64,000 nucleotides of DNA from a virus: the IMG/VR virus record IMGVR_UViG_3300025466_000014; one strand, 5' to 3'. Every line of letters starts with the position of its first letter. Position 1 is the first letter of the stretch. The notes beneath the pieces were generated by a model that worked only from the letters and a program-made list of their open reading frames with translations, made no database searches and was not told where the DNA came from. Of the stretch, positions 10,152 through 19,389 are shown in pieces. The position numbers were made by a program, and so were the translations under genes.

Positions 10152-10404
10152 TGAAATAGTGCCTGACAAAAATACAAGATTTTTAGGTGTCACTAAAATG
10201 GGTAAAGACCTATTCGCCTATCAGCTTTACATTAAAAAGGAATTAGCGAAGACTATTGTTCTAGATGAAACGCTAAGTCCTGCGGAGGCTGAAACCTTTA
10301 GGCTTACCCAGGTGGAGTTGCATTACACGCCGTATAGGGTGTATCAGCGGTCATTAGCTTACCTAGAGTCATGTAGAAAAGGTTCTCAATTAAGCCTAAT
10401 CTAG
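10144..10404 (+). CDS. hypothetical protein ending in a clamp-binding-like motif QLSLI
   Basis: Overlaps the dnaB stop; last gene before the terminator. Confidence 0.65.
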   Translation: MYDEIVPDKNTRFLGVTKMGKDLFAYQLYIKKELAKTIVLDETLSPAEAETFRLTQVELHYTPYRVYQRSLAYLESCRKGSQLSLI

Positions 10405-10464
10405 CCTGTAAAAACAGGGCGCAATTAGGTAAATTTAGTGCTTGACGTGCAAAGTACAGTCAAT

Positions 10465-10503
10465 AAAAAAGCCCGTAGAATAATTGCTATTCTACGGGCT
10501 TTT
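10465..10503. terminator. bidirectional terminator between convergent blocks
   Basis: AAAAAAGCCCGTAGAATA-attgc-TATTCTACGGGCTTTT. Confidence 0.9.
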
Positions 10504-10518
10504 CCTATTTCCTACAAA

Positions 10519-10872
10519 CTAGCTAATTAGTTTTGGCTGCCTTTGATTGTGCAGTTGATAACGTTCCACTGGGTTCTTGGAATCCCAGTAATTCGTAAGA
10601 CCATGCTCTACTGCGTAATCGGCTTTATCTGAGGCGTCACTTAAAAACGTGCAACTCTTGTCGTTTACAGAGGACGCAATCATGCTACCTTGTGGCGACA
10701 CGACAAACACAGACGGGTGTGCGCGTGAGTAGAGACCTGAAAACACTTCGTTTCCTAGTCCGTCAGTTCCATGCCTAGTAACCTCAGTAAAAATCCAGTA
10801 GGCACCTTGATGGTCTCTAAACTTCATTACTAAGTTTGAGGCTAGCAATCTTGTTTTGGCTTCTATCTTCAT
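10519..10872 (-). CDS. leader-bearing putative internal head protein
   Basis: Starts MKIEAKTRLLAS. Confidence 0.75.
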   Translation of the reverse strand: MKIEAKTRLLASNLVMKFRDHQGAYWIFTEVTRHGTDGLGNEVFSGLYSRAHPSVFVVSPQGSMIASSVNDKSCTFLSDASDKADYAVEHGLTNYWDSKNPVERYQLHNQRQPKLIS

Positions 10873-10894
10873 TTTTTAATCCCTCGATTCCTTG

Positions 10895-11122
10895 TTAAGC
10901 GTAACCTGCGGCACTCCAGACTCCGTCTACTTTCAGAGCATTTATTTCGTGTTTATGCTGATGCATACTTCCATAGGGACTCAGCTTGCCCATCATTTGT
11001 TTTAGGTAAGTAGGTGTAGCCTGAGAGGGATCGCAGACAACAAGATGTGTTGAGTACAAAATCTTGTTGTCTTTAATCTTAGGAAACTCAGAAGCTTTTA
11101 GCCTTGTTTTTGCTTTTAGCAT
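10895..11122 (-). CDS. leader-bearing putative internal head protein
   Basis: Starts MLKAKTRLKAS. Confidence 0.75.
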   Translation of the reverse strand: MLKAKTRLKASEFPKIKDNKILYSTHLVVCDPSQATPTYLKQMMGKLSPYGSMHQHKHEINALKVDGVWSAAGYA

Positions 11123-11123
11123 T

Positions 11124-11408
11124 TTACATATGATAGACTAAGAATATAAGCGCACTTATTTCTTTTTTGGTTAAACCTAGTTCTTCAGGTAATCCTTTAA
11201 GACTTAGGGCTTTGCGAACAACTTCTAAATATCGTTCATGCGTAGCAACTTCACCTTTGCCTGTCTTAATTAGCTCTTCTAAAGCAAACTCAAACATGCG
11301 CAACGAATGCTTATCGCCTTGCATAACGCCGTCAGCTAACCCGTCAGCAAACTCATAACAACGGTTAATAGCCTTTAATCGCAACCTAGCCCTAATCTTA
11401 ACACTCAT
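11124..11408 (-). CDS. leader-bearing putative internal head protein (variant leader)
   Basis: Starts MSVKIRARLRLKAI; SD AGGGAG. Confidence 0.7.
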   Translation of the reverse strand: MSVKIRARLRLKAINRCYEFADGLADGVMQGDKHSLRMFEFALEELIKTGKGEVATHERYLEVVRKALSLKGLPEELGLTKKEISALIFLVYHM

Positions 11409-11425
11409 CTTAGCTCCCTAAAGTC

Positions 11426-12607
11426 TTATATAGCCAACATTCGCATATCGAAACGTGAACGCTGAATTTCACCGTGCTTAATATGATACAAAATTGCGTT
11501 CATATCTTGTTCGCTGCGATAACCTTGACCATGATGCCAAGAATCTGACGGAGCTAAAGTACGGTGAGTTTCAACTACACAGCCGGGAAACTCTTTTGCG
11601 GTTTTGTGATGAATGTGCCCACAATGCCAAACACGAAAGTCTGTTTGACCCCAGTCTTCTTTGCGGTCGCGAGCCATTATGAGGGGGAGGTCTTGGAACT
11701 TTGCACCATGGCCGTGATGCGAAGCAATGAGGTTAGCCCCGAAGCGATGATACTTGTAAAGAGAAGTACCCAAGTCTACTTCAACGCGCGGTTCGTTATG
11801 AAAGTAAAACTTGATTGCCATTGCCAAGGCAAATGAGGCTTCTGGGTCATGGTTACCAGGCATCATCCAAAGAATGACCTTTTTATGCTTGGCTAGAAGT
11901 TTAAGGACGCTGTTAATTACCGCAAACGCTCCAGTGTACATTACTTTACCGTAACGACTGTCTACGTCAAGTTTATTGCCTCCACCTGGAGTTTCGTTTT
12001 TGTTGTCGTTGGCATGTGTAAAATCTCCCAGGTTAATTACCAACGCAGTCTCTGCGGGAGGCATAATGGAGATTAGATAGTCAAAAGCAGACTCTAGAGA
12101 ATGCTTGGAGATTTTACAATCGTAGTTTTTACCGGTTTCTTCTGCGTCTGAGCGCATACCATGATGATGGTCACCTATAGGGTAACAAGCCAAAAGGTCG
12201 GCGTTAGTAAAGGTCGGAGGTTTAACTACGGGCGCCTTGCCTTTAACGTCTGCGCACAAATCTTCTATAAATGCTTTAAGCATTGCGATGCGTTGCACAT
12301 CGTCAACTTTAGATTTGTACCAAGTTTGAGTAACTTCGTTGGTGCGATTGTTTACCAGCTGACTTACGCCGCTAAATTGAAAAGGCGTAGGCAGCGGCTT
12401 TCGATAGTCGTGCATATTTGGCATTTGTAATGCCGCTTGCGCTCGAAGTCTAGCTAAACCTCGCTCAATAGCTCTCGGAGCAATACCCATAGCTTTAGCC
12501 GCTTTAACCTGTGACCCATGTTTCTTAAGCGCATCTACGTACTCAATCTGCCTAACGGTTGCAAACTCTATCATGCTATCGTATGCTGTTATATTCTCTT
12601 TAGTCAT
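11426..12607 (-). CDS. calcineurin-like metallophosphoesterase with N-terminal HTH
   Basis: IGDHHHG, NLGDFTH, MPGNHD, SHHGH, CGHIHH motifs; HTH GSQVKAAKAMGIAPRAI. Confidence 0.85.
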   Translation of the reverse strand: MTKENITAYDSMIEFATVRQIEYVDALKKHGSQVKAAKAMGIAPRAIERGLARLRAQAALQMPNMHDYRKPLPTPFQFSGVSQLVNNRTNEVTQTWYKSKVDDVQRIAMLKAFIEDLCADVKGKAPVVKPPTFTNADLLACYPIGDHHHGMRSDAEETGKNYDCKISKHSLESAFDYLISIMPPAETALVINLGDFTHANDNKNETPGGGNKLDVDSRYGKVMYTGAFAVINSVLKLLAKHKKVILWMMPGNHDPEASFALAMAIKFYFHNEPRVEVDLGTSLYKYHRFGANLIASHHGHGAKFQDLPLIMARDRKEDWGQTDFRVWHCGHIHHKTAKEFPGCVVETHRTLAPSDSWHHGQGYRSEQDMNAILYHIKHGEIQRSRFDMRMLAI

Positions 12608-12978
12608 ATATTCCCCGACAAGATGCGTTCAAGGATTACGACCACAGAGTGCTCAGCCGTAGCAATAGCAGCTGGGTCGCGCGATTTAGAAGCTTCAATT
12701 AGTGAGTAAAGAAAGATATGGACCATTTCATGTGCAGCAGCCTGGTCAATACTCTTTTCGTCTATTTTGGTGTTTTCCCAGTTGTCACCGAGTCGAACAG
12801 TTGCAAGTTTATCTTCTAGAGAAAGATCAACATCTGCAATGTTGCCCTTAGACGCTAAACCTCCGCGCTCGACGCGCCAGTCTAGCAAGTTAAGAAGTTT
12901 TTGGTAGTGCTCTAATCTTGTATAGAAAAAGTCTACCTGTTCGGGAGTGGGTGCATTTTTTACTTTTTTCCTAGCCAT
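12604..12978 (-). CDS. small HExxH zincin-like protein
   Basis: AAAHEMVH plus downstream EH; ATGA overlap with the phosphoesterase gene. Confidence 0.6.
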   Translation of the reverse strand: MARKKVKNAPTPEQVDFFYTRLEHYQKLLNLLDWRVERGGLASKGNIADVDLSLEDKLATVRLGDNWENTKIDEKSIDQAAAHEMVHIFLYSLIEASKSRDPAAIATAEHSVVVILERILSGNI

Positions 12979-13071
12979 TGTTTGTCCTATTCAGGGCAAG
13001 CCTATTGGTTCGTCGGGTTGAGGCTCATAAACACCTCATCAAAGGTAACCGTTTTTAGTTTGTAAATCCTT

Positions 13072-13452
13072 CTATTTAGCCGTAGCTAAAAGTCTGCTTT
13101 TTGCTTTTATTAGCCCATAAAAAGATGCGACCATTCTCTGTACTTCAAGAAGGTCATACCTACGAATTTTTGAATACCAAGACATTAAAAATGCCTGAGA
13201 TACGTCAAACACTAAAGTATCGCCTTGTAGCGCATTGTCCGACCAACTTATCTCATCTCCTTCTTTAGGGCCTAAGACGTTTAGACCCAAAGACTCCAAG
13301 TAACGTGACAGCCCATGCAAAAAACCAGAAGACTTGGCACAGGTTTTAGGATTACCTTCTATTTTTACCAGCAGTTCTCTTTTCTTAAAATCAGCTACTA
13401 CTGAAGTCAATGCTATCTTGCCACGACCTGGGTAAATGTAAACCTGTGCCAT
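13072..13452 (-). CDS. hypothetical protein with leader-like motif at the C-terminus
   Basis: Ends LIKAKSRLLATAK*. Confidence 0.7.
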   Translation of the reverse strand: MAQVYIYPGRGKIALTSVVADFKKRELLVKIEGNPKTCAKSSGFLHGLSRYLESLGLNVLGPKEGDEISWSDNALQGDTLVFDVSQAFLMSWYSKIRRYDLLEVQRMVASFYGLIKAKSRLLATAK

Positions 13453-13460
13453 TTCAAGTC

Positions 13461-14048
13461 CTACTTTTTAAAATTCTTTTCAATTGCCGTTTCCAGAGCG
13501 TCTACTGCGTGATAGAATTTGTATGCCCAGTCTGTTAAAGCTTTCATGCGCTCCTGCACTTGCTGGCGGATATCGTCTACCTCATTAGCCCAGGCTTCCA
13601 TCTTTTTAGTGCCTTTGAATTTTTTATTCAGAGTAACCAGGTCTACGTCTTTTTTTACGCTAACGTCAATGACGCTGCTTAAGAGACCTTCAATGCTAAT
13701 AAAGTCTTGAAATCCAAAAATAACTTCTTTCCCCTTTACAGAAAAGCTGAAACCTAATTCAGTGCCCTTTTCTAAGGGATGTTTTGTGGTGAATGAAAGG
13801 TGTGTGTCACCTTCGTTGTCATAAATGCTTTTGTTTAGAGAGACTTTAAGTCCGTTCTTAGAAAAGACGTCAACAATAAATTTACCAGCCTGCTTGGCAT
13901 CCATGTTGGCTTGAACTGCGGTAGCAGCAAGTTCACCTTCACGAACTTTTTTCAAGTCCTCACCGTCAATCTTGCCGTCACCGTTAATGTCAAGCTTCTT
14001 TTGCTTTTGTGTCAATGCAAGCAATCGAGTTTTAGCTTTAAGTTCCAT
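13461..14048 (-). CDS. leader-bearing putative internal protein with EF-hand loop
   Basis: Starts MELKAKTRLLA; residues 20-31 DINGDGKIDGED. Confidence 0.75.
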   Translation of the reverse strand: MELKAKTRLLALTQKQKKLDINGDGKIDGEDLKKVREGELAATAVQANMDAKQAGKFIVDVFSKNGLKVSLNKSIYDNEGDTHLSFTTKHPLEKGTELGFSFSVKGKEVIFGFQDFISIEGLLSSVIDVSVKKDVDLVTLNKKFKGTKKMEAWANEVDDIRQQVQERMKALTDWAYKFYHAVDALETAIEKNFKK

Positions 14049-14074
14049 TTTTTAATTCCTTAGTTCCTTAAAGG

Positions 14075-14097
14075 AAAGGGCCCGTTAAGAGCCCCTT
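14075..14097 (-). terminator. probable terminator
   Basis: Minus-strand AAGGGGCUC-UUAAC-GGGCCCUU followed by UCCUUU. Confidence 0.55.
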
Positions 14098-14103
14098 CTG
14101 TTA

Positions 14104-14838
14104 TTAAGCTACAGTGCCTTCATTGATTTGTTGAGTAATGCTGCGCACATACTCCGGAGAGTATCCATACAATTTTTGGTAGTAGGCAATAGCATTCTTT
14201 TTCTCATCAGCAGTCAACGCAGCCAAAACTTCTTTTTGCAAAGCAGATTTAATGGCAACTGGATGAATAGAAACAACGCTATCGTAGTCAATGGTTACAG
14301 GAATACGACGTGCAAAAGAAACAATCTTAACAGCTTCGTCAGAAGTTGCGACCGCAAAACCGTGGTCAATGTCGCCGTCGCTGTCAACAAAAGCAACCAT
14401 TTCAGATGTAGCGGCTTTAGCGATGGTAACATGGCGCAGGCCAGGCATATCGGAACGACGTTGAGTAGAAGCTTCCACCAAAGCAGTTAGGTCTTCCTTG
14501 TCGTGACGAGCCAGATATTTACCAGCAGCGCCTTCTTTAATGTCCCACAGGCTATTGTCTGTTTTATCCATCAAGATATTGGAAGACATAACACGGTACT
14601 TGGCGCTAACTTCATTCTTAGAAACAGAACGAATTTCTTTGTTAGCACGAATAAAACCAACAGCAACACCTTCTTTAATCTTCTTAAAAGAAGACTCAAC
14701 AGGCACAGCTTGATAGTCCATTTGTTTGCCCAAAGACTCTGCAATGAAGGCTGCGTCTACATCACCGGTATAGGAGATGATAACTTTAGCCAAAGTTGGA
14801 GATTTGATTTTGTAGTCTACGATAGATACGGTCTTCAT
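14104..14838 (-). CDS. putative virion protein
   Basis: Strong SD AAAGGA; internal SAKYRVMSS and ALTAD motifs; lies in the structural block. Confidence 0.7.
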   Translation of the reverse strand: MKTVSIVDYKIKSPTLAKVIISYTGDVDAAFIAESLGKQMDYQAVPVESSFKKIKEGVAVGFIRANKEIRSVSKNEVSAKYRVMSSNILMDKTDNSLWDIKEGAAGKYLARHDKEDLTALVEASTQRRSDMPGLRHVTIAKAATSEMVAFVDSDGDIDHGFAVATSDEAVKIVSFARRIPVTIDYDSVVSIHPVAIKSALQKEVLAALTADEKKNAIAYYQKLYGYSPEYVRSITQQINEGTVA

Positions 14839-14918
14839 TTTAAATTTCCTTTATTGTGACACTTAACAGTGATATAAGGAGCTATCCTAAAAATAAGGAT
14901 TCACTTTTCAATATAAAA

Positions 14919-16268
14919 TTAGCTCTTGCTTATTTTTTGAACAACTAGATTAGTTAAAGCTTTTACGTCTAAGCTTGGCATGTAACCTTTGCAGTTGCTT
15001 TTTAATTTATCCCAGACCTCATTTTCAAGACGGTCACCTGAGTATTTTGCAACGTATCGTTTAGCGTATTCGCCAAAAGCTTCAATAACAGCATCAGCGT
15101 ATTTACCCATTAGCTCTGCGTCGGACGGGTCTACAATAGGCGCTAACTCAAAAGCCTTGGTCTCTTGATCTGTTAGGGCATGTGGGTACGTAATGATTCC
15201 GTGCCTTGCCATTTCGTAATGGACATTGGTTTTCTCAGGCCTAGGGTCAACAGAACTAAAACCTTTAGGGCAAGTGCCAATGCTTAGAGGCCTATTAACC
15301 ATAGCGTACTTAAATTCTTTTGAGGCCACTATCGTTTTGCTGAATGCTTTGAAGGCGTCAATTTCCGTAGGATGCAGAATTTTTGTTTTGTCTTTAAACT
15401 TGGAACCCGGATACTTACTCAGATATTTATGCTTGTCCTCATGAGGCAGTTTAGACAACCAATCTTGAGTTCGCCTAGAAGTCAGCACTGCCGGAGGCTT
15501 GCCAAATCTTTTGCGAAGTTTTTTAGCGCCAGTGTAGAATAAGCAGAGCAGAAGACTACCAGCGTTGTCGCCAATAAAGCTTGCAACCTGTTGCAGAGCA
15601 CCTAAACCATAGTCTACAACAGAGCCACCGGTCATGGCCCCAAAGACTAAGGTTGCTAGTGCGTTTACACCTTCAGCAGACGCAAAGAAGTCTACTAGGT
15701 CGTAATTACCGCGAAGAGCATCTATGATAGACTCAATAACGTCCAAATCACGTTCAATGTGTCCGGTGTTGGAGGCTTTAAAAACCATTAGCAGCAAGAG
15801 ACCTGCAATAGCAAAACCTGTAAGCTTAGACAATACTGGGTTTCGCTTTATAACTGCCTCCAAAGCAGCAATACGCTCTGCAGGTTTAAGGCTTCTTAGA
15901 TAACGAGTATCTTTGAACGTTGCTGCTAGGTCTTGTAGCGCAGCAACAAATAGGTTTGTAGGTAAACCCATTGCAGCCTTAATACCCTTTAGAATGGCCT
16001 TTAGAGAAAAGCCAACACCCTTTAGGAGTTTAAAGACCGATTTTTCTTGAAAAGCCGCAATTATTTCCCCAATGCCTACGCCCACACCCTTAAGTGACTC
16101 CACTAAAGTGCCCAAGTCGCCCTTTAGGACTTTAAGCATTGAGGGAATTTTAAAGTCAAAAGCTTCTACTCTTGAGGTATCAAGAGAGGCAATAACCTTA
16201 GCGTATTGCTCATAGGTTATTGCATTTAGATCATCAGCTTGTAAACGGTATGCGGCTTCGAGTTTCAT
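14919..16268 (-). CDS. leader-bearing protein with hydrophobic helical region and DarA_C-like domain
   Basis: Starts MKLEAAYRLQA; YAMVNRPLSIGTCPKGF..ARHGIITYPHALTDQETKAFEL resembles the DarA C-terminal domain. Confidence 0.7.
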   Translation of the reverse strand: MKLEAAYRLQADDLNAITYEQYAKVIASLDTSRVEAFDFKIPSMLKVLKGDLGTLVESLKGVGVGIGEIIAAFQEKSVFKLLKGVGFSLKAILKGIKAAMGLPTNLFVAALQDLAATFKDTRYLRSLKPAERIAALEAVIKRNPVLSKLTGFAIAGLLLLMVFKASNTGHIERDLDVIESIIDALRGNYDLVDFFASAEGVNALATLVFGAMTGGSVVDYGLGALQQVASFIGDNAGSLLLCLFYTGAKKLRKRFGKPPAVLTSRRTQDWLSKLPHEDKHKYLSKYPGSKFKDKTKILHPTEIDAFKAFSKTIVASKEFKYAMVNRPLSIGTCPKGFSSVDPRPEKTNVHYEMARHGIITYPHALTDQETKAFELAPIVDPSDAELMGKYADAVIEAFGEYAKRYVAKYSGDRLENEVWDKLKSNCKGYMPSLDVKALTNLVVQKISKS

Positions 16269-16597
16269 TTTGCAGCTCTTTTAGCTAGTTCATCTACCTT
16301 CTTGGTCTTAACTTTAACTTCTTTTTCTACTTCGGCTTTTTGTTTAATACCGCCCAAATTAAGGTAGCCGTTATAATTACCCACTTCTACTTTCCAGTCT
16401 AGTTGAAAACCGAAACGCACGGCAGGACGCAATTTAGAAGACCCTACGTCCAAGAAAGCGCGAAAATCCTTGCTGCTGTCTTTAACAACCGCAAATTTAG
16501 CCTCAGGGTATTGTTTAAGAACTTCTTCTTTCCATTCAGCTTTATTCTGCAACAATTTACTGGCAGTTAAAAGTCTTGTCTTGGCTTCGAGTTTCAT
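16265..16597 (-). CDS. leader-bearing putative internal head protein
   Basis: Starts MKLEAKTRLLTAS; SD GAGG. Confidence 0.75.
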   Translation of the reverse strand: MKLEAKTRLLTASKLLQNKAEWKEEVLKQYPEAKFAVVKDSSKDFRAFLDVGSSKLRPAVRFGFQLDWKVEVGNYNGYLNLGGIKQKAEVEKEVKVKTKKVDELAKRAAK

Positions 16598-16615
16598 TTT
16601 TAACCTCTAAATTGT

Positions 16616-17134
16616 TTAGAACGTGTTACCGTCATTCAGATAGTCGAAGCTAAAAGTAATAGACATATCAATAGCTGTAGACTGACTGCCGTCGTAAGCC
16701 ACATCTGCAATAGCTGTAGGGAAGCAGCCTACCAAGATAATAGTCTGGGTAATGTTACCGCTGTTGTCGTAGAGATCCAATTCCAAGTTTACTTTGTATG
16801 CTTGCGAAGTAGAGCCTGAATTGTTTTTCCAGGAACGCATGTAATCACGCCAGCCACGGAAAGCTTGGTAGGTTGAATAGTCAACGGTTTCCAAGAACTG
16901 AGCAGTAAAAGAATGCTCATAAAGAGCACGTCCTGCTTCCTGTTTAGCTGTACCGTGAAGTTCAATCTTAATAGTGTCTACAGAGGATGCCGGAAGCGTA
17001 GACGTTTTGCATTTGTAGGTTAGTCCAGTAGCAGAACCAGACGCGCCGGGAATGTTAGGAAAGAACAAATCAAAGTTCCAACCTTGTGCAGCGTCCGGTA
17101 GTGCGAGTACGTTTTGGTAAGAGGTGCGAGCCAT
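16616..17134 (-). CDS. tail tube protein
   Basis: 172 aa directly after the sheath; T4 gp19-like pattern (NFDLFF, CKTSTLP, LYDNSG..LVGCFPTAIADVAYD..SITFSFD). Confidence 0.88.
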   Translation of the reverse strand: MARTSYQNVLALPDAAQGWNFDLFFPNIPGASGSATGLTYKCKTSTLPASSVDTIKIELHGTAKQEAGRALYEHSFTAQFLETVDYSTYQAFRGWRDYMRSWKNNSGSTSQAYKVNLELDLYDNSGNITQTIILVGCFPTAIADVAYDGSQSTAIDMSITFSFDYLNDGNTF

Positions 17135-17155
17135 ATAAATTCCTTTATCTAAAAG

Positions 17156-17177
17156 ATGAGGGAGTTAACTCCCTCAT
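17156..17177 (-). terminator. hairpin between sheath and tube genes
   Basis: ATGAGGGAG-TTAA-CTCCCTCAT, followed by CUUUU on the minus strand. Confidence 0.65.
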
Positions 17178-17182
17178 TGATA

Positions 17183-19153
17183 TCATGCTGTTTTGCCTGT
17201 AACCTGATTAAGCACTTCGGAGAACGAAACACCAGATTTAGAAATCACAACCTGCAGTTGAATTTCATGAATTGGAATCATCGGAATCAGAATTGCAGTA
17301 CACACCAGAATACCAGCGTTAAAGGTATCAGGAGTATTGTTAGAACTGTCGCAAACAAAGCGAGCAGCAGCAAGGCCCTGAGCAGCAACAATGCTGTCCA
17401 AATAAGCTTGACAGCCATTTGTTAGGCTACGGCGTACTTGGTCAGAATTCATTTCTTCCAAAGCGTACAGCAGATAAGAGTACAAGGAAGTCTTGATTAC
17501 GTTGACAATGCGACGTACAGACAACCAGCTAAGGGCCGATTGCTGACCTGCCAGTGTACGCTGTTCCCAAAGGGCAATACCTTGTCCAATAAAAGTGCGT
17601 GTGTAGTTAACCTGAGCCAAGTAAAGTGCCGTTGCCTTGCCGTCATCGTATTGATAACGGGTTTTAAGCACTGGCAGTAGGCCACGGTTTAGACCTGCAA
17701 TAGAGTAAGCTTGATTTGCCACACGGTCTGTACGAGCACACAAAGCTCCAGCCCAACCTGACGGCGGATTGTAGACTTGCAGTCCGTTAATAGTGTCTGC
17801 TTGCAACAAGTCAGGGCTAAACAAAGCACTATAAGTAGAATTCAAATTCAGTGTAAGATTACGATAGTCGATAGCACTCTGAAAGGCTTGGCTAGCTGAA
17901 GGTACGTCCAAAAGAGCAACCGCGTCACCACGAGCTTGCACTAAAGTATCCAATCCGATTTGTGTAATAGGATCGGTAACGCCGCCGTTAATAAAGACGT
18001 TTGGTTTGTAAACTTGCGTGTTCTTAAACACTTGCAAGGCGTTAACAATGTCGTACGAAGTGGGTGCAGTTCCCGACGCACCGCCAGCCAAAGCCGTTTG
18101 TGCAATAGTGTTAACTGGGGGGATAGTTGTAAGAGCATTAGCAAAGTTAACTACCTGCAGATACGACGAGAACGGGTTAATGGCGCTATCAATTTGCAAT
18201 TGCTGACCAGAGTTAGAAACTTGCGAACCCAATGTGCAAGTCCATGTCTCCAAGGCCAAAGCCAATGGGTTAGTGTTATCCCAGATAGAAACCGTAAACT
18301 GGTTAGTGGTCTTAACGTTAGCAGCCACAGTAATAGGTTGCACCGTAGTGGTTGCGGTCAAAGCACCAGTATCGGTGAATGTAGTAGTAGCGCCGCCCAA
18401 AACGGTTAGCAAGCCGTAGCCCGCACCGCTTGTACGACCGTACACGTTATATCCAACCGCACCAGAAATAGCCGGCCAAGTCAGGGTAACAGCACCTGTG
18501 GACGTAATACCTACAGCTACCGTGATAAGGGTAGACGCAAGACTTTCACCATTAGCACCCAAGGCAGAAACTTGGTAATTATAAGAAGTACTACCAGCCA
18601 AAGTACCGCCAGTAAGCGCAACTGAAGAGGAAAGTACGGGTTGCGATACGTTTAGGCTCTGGATAGAGATAGACAAACCATTACCGTAAGAACCTGGGCC
18701 CTTGTTAGCGTAGAAGAAGGCAACTGCCTGTGTGCCAGCAGACACGTCAGCATTGGTCAACAACGCGCTTAGGTTTGTGTTAGTAGGATCTGCAAGACCT
18801 TGTGGTACCAGAGAATAGATGCCAGTAGAAGAAACTTTTAGCAGTGCGCCAGAAGTTGCATAACTATGAACACCGCCTGTCAAAGTTTGATTAACCACAC
18901 GAACAGCCCAGAGATCGGAGCCTTCGTTAAAGTAGTTCAATGCACTCTGAATGGTCATAGAAACCGCAGGATTGGGGTTTCCGTATTCAGTAATAAAGTC
19001 GTTTGAGTTAGTAAAATGCAAAGGTGCCGTAGATCCCTGACTAGAAACAACGGCAATACATGCGGAGGTAACAGAGTTAGAGACAATAATAGAGCTTAGG
19101 TTAATCTCAGTAACGCGAACGTCCGAGGCTCTTTGAACAATTTGTGCAGCCAT
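17183..19153 (-). CDS. contractile tail sheath protein
   Basis: DVRVTEINLS N-terminus; EYGNP; YNPPSGWAGALCARTD; SIAGLNRG; LWEQRTL..LSWLSVRR; PMIPIHEI. Confidence 0.92.
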   Translation of the reverse strand: MAAQIVQRASDVRVTEINLSSIIVSNSVTSACIAVVSSQGSTAPLHFTNSNDFITEYGNPNPAVSMTIQSALNYFNEGSDLWAVRVVNQTLTGGVHSYATSGALLKVSSTGIYSLVPQGLADPTNTNLSALLTNADVSAGTQAVAFFYANKGPGSYGNGLSISIQSLNVSQPVLSSSVALTGGTLAGSTSYNYQVSALGANGESLASTLITVAVGITSTGAVTLTWPAISGAVGYNVYGRTSGAGYGLLTVLGGATTTFTDTGALTATTTVQPITVAANVKTTNQFTVSIWDNTNPLALALETWTCTLGSQVSNSGQQLQIDSAINPFSSYLQVVNFANALTTIPPVNTIAQTALAGGASGTAPTSYDIVNALQVFKNTQVYKPNVFINGGVTDPITQIGLDTLVQARGDAVALLDVPSASQAFQSAIDYRNLTLNLNSTYSALFSPDLLQADTINGLQVYNPPSGWAGALCARTDRVANQAYSIAGLNRGLLPVLKTRYQYDDGKATALYLAQVNYTRTFIGQGIALWEQRTLAGQQSALSWLSVRRIVNVIKTSLYSYLLYALEEMNSDQVRRSLTNGCQAYLDSIVAAQGLAAARFVCDSSNNTPDTFNAGILVCTAILIPMIPIHEIQLQVVISKSGVSFSEVLNQVTGKTA

Positions 19154-19164
19154 TATTTAGTCCT

Positions 19165-19371
19165 TTAATTCGAGGTGGAAGGCACAGGATTTGAAGGAAC
19201 CGAATCAACAATGTTTACCATAGTTGCAGTGGCTGCCCAATTACTATCTACAGTTTCACCAGGGGCTAGTTTAGCCTTGCTCTTGGCTTGGATATGCACA
19301 AAGTGCGGACCCTGAGCGGTGTTAACTTTTGGCGAGATAGGAAAGTTATTAAAGTTGATAATAGTTGTCAT
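19165..19371 (-). CDS. small tail-associated hypothetical protein
   Basis: SD AAGGA; lies between the tail-completion-like gene and the sheath. Confidence 0.6.
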   Translation of the reverse strand: MTTIINFNNFPISPKVNTAQGPHFVHIQAKSKAKLAPGETVDSNWAATATMVNIVDSVPSNPVPSTSN

Positions 19372-19389
19372 ATAATTCCTTCGTTCCTT

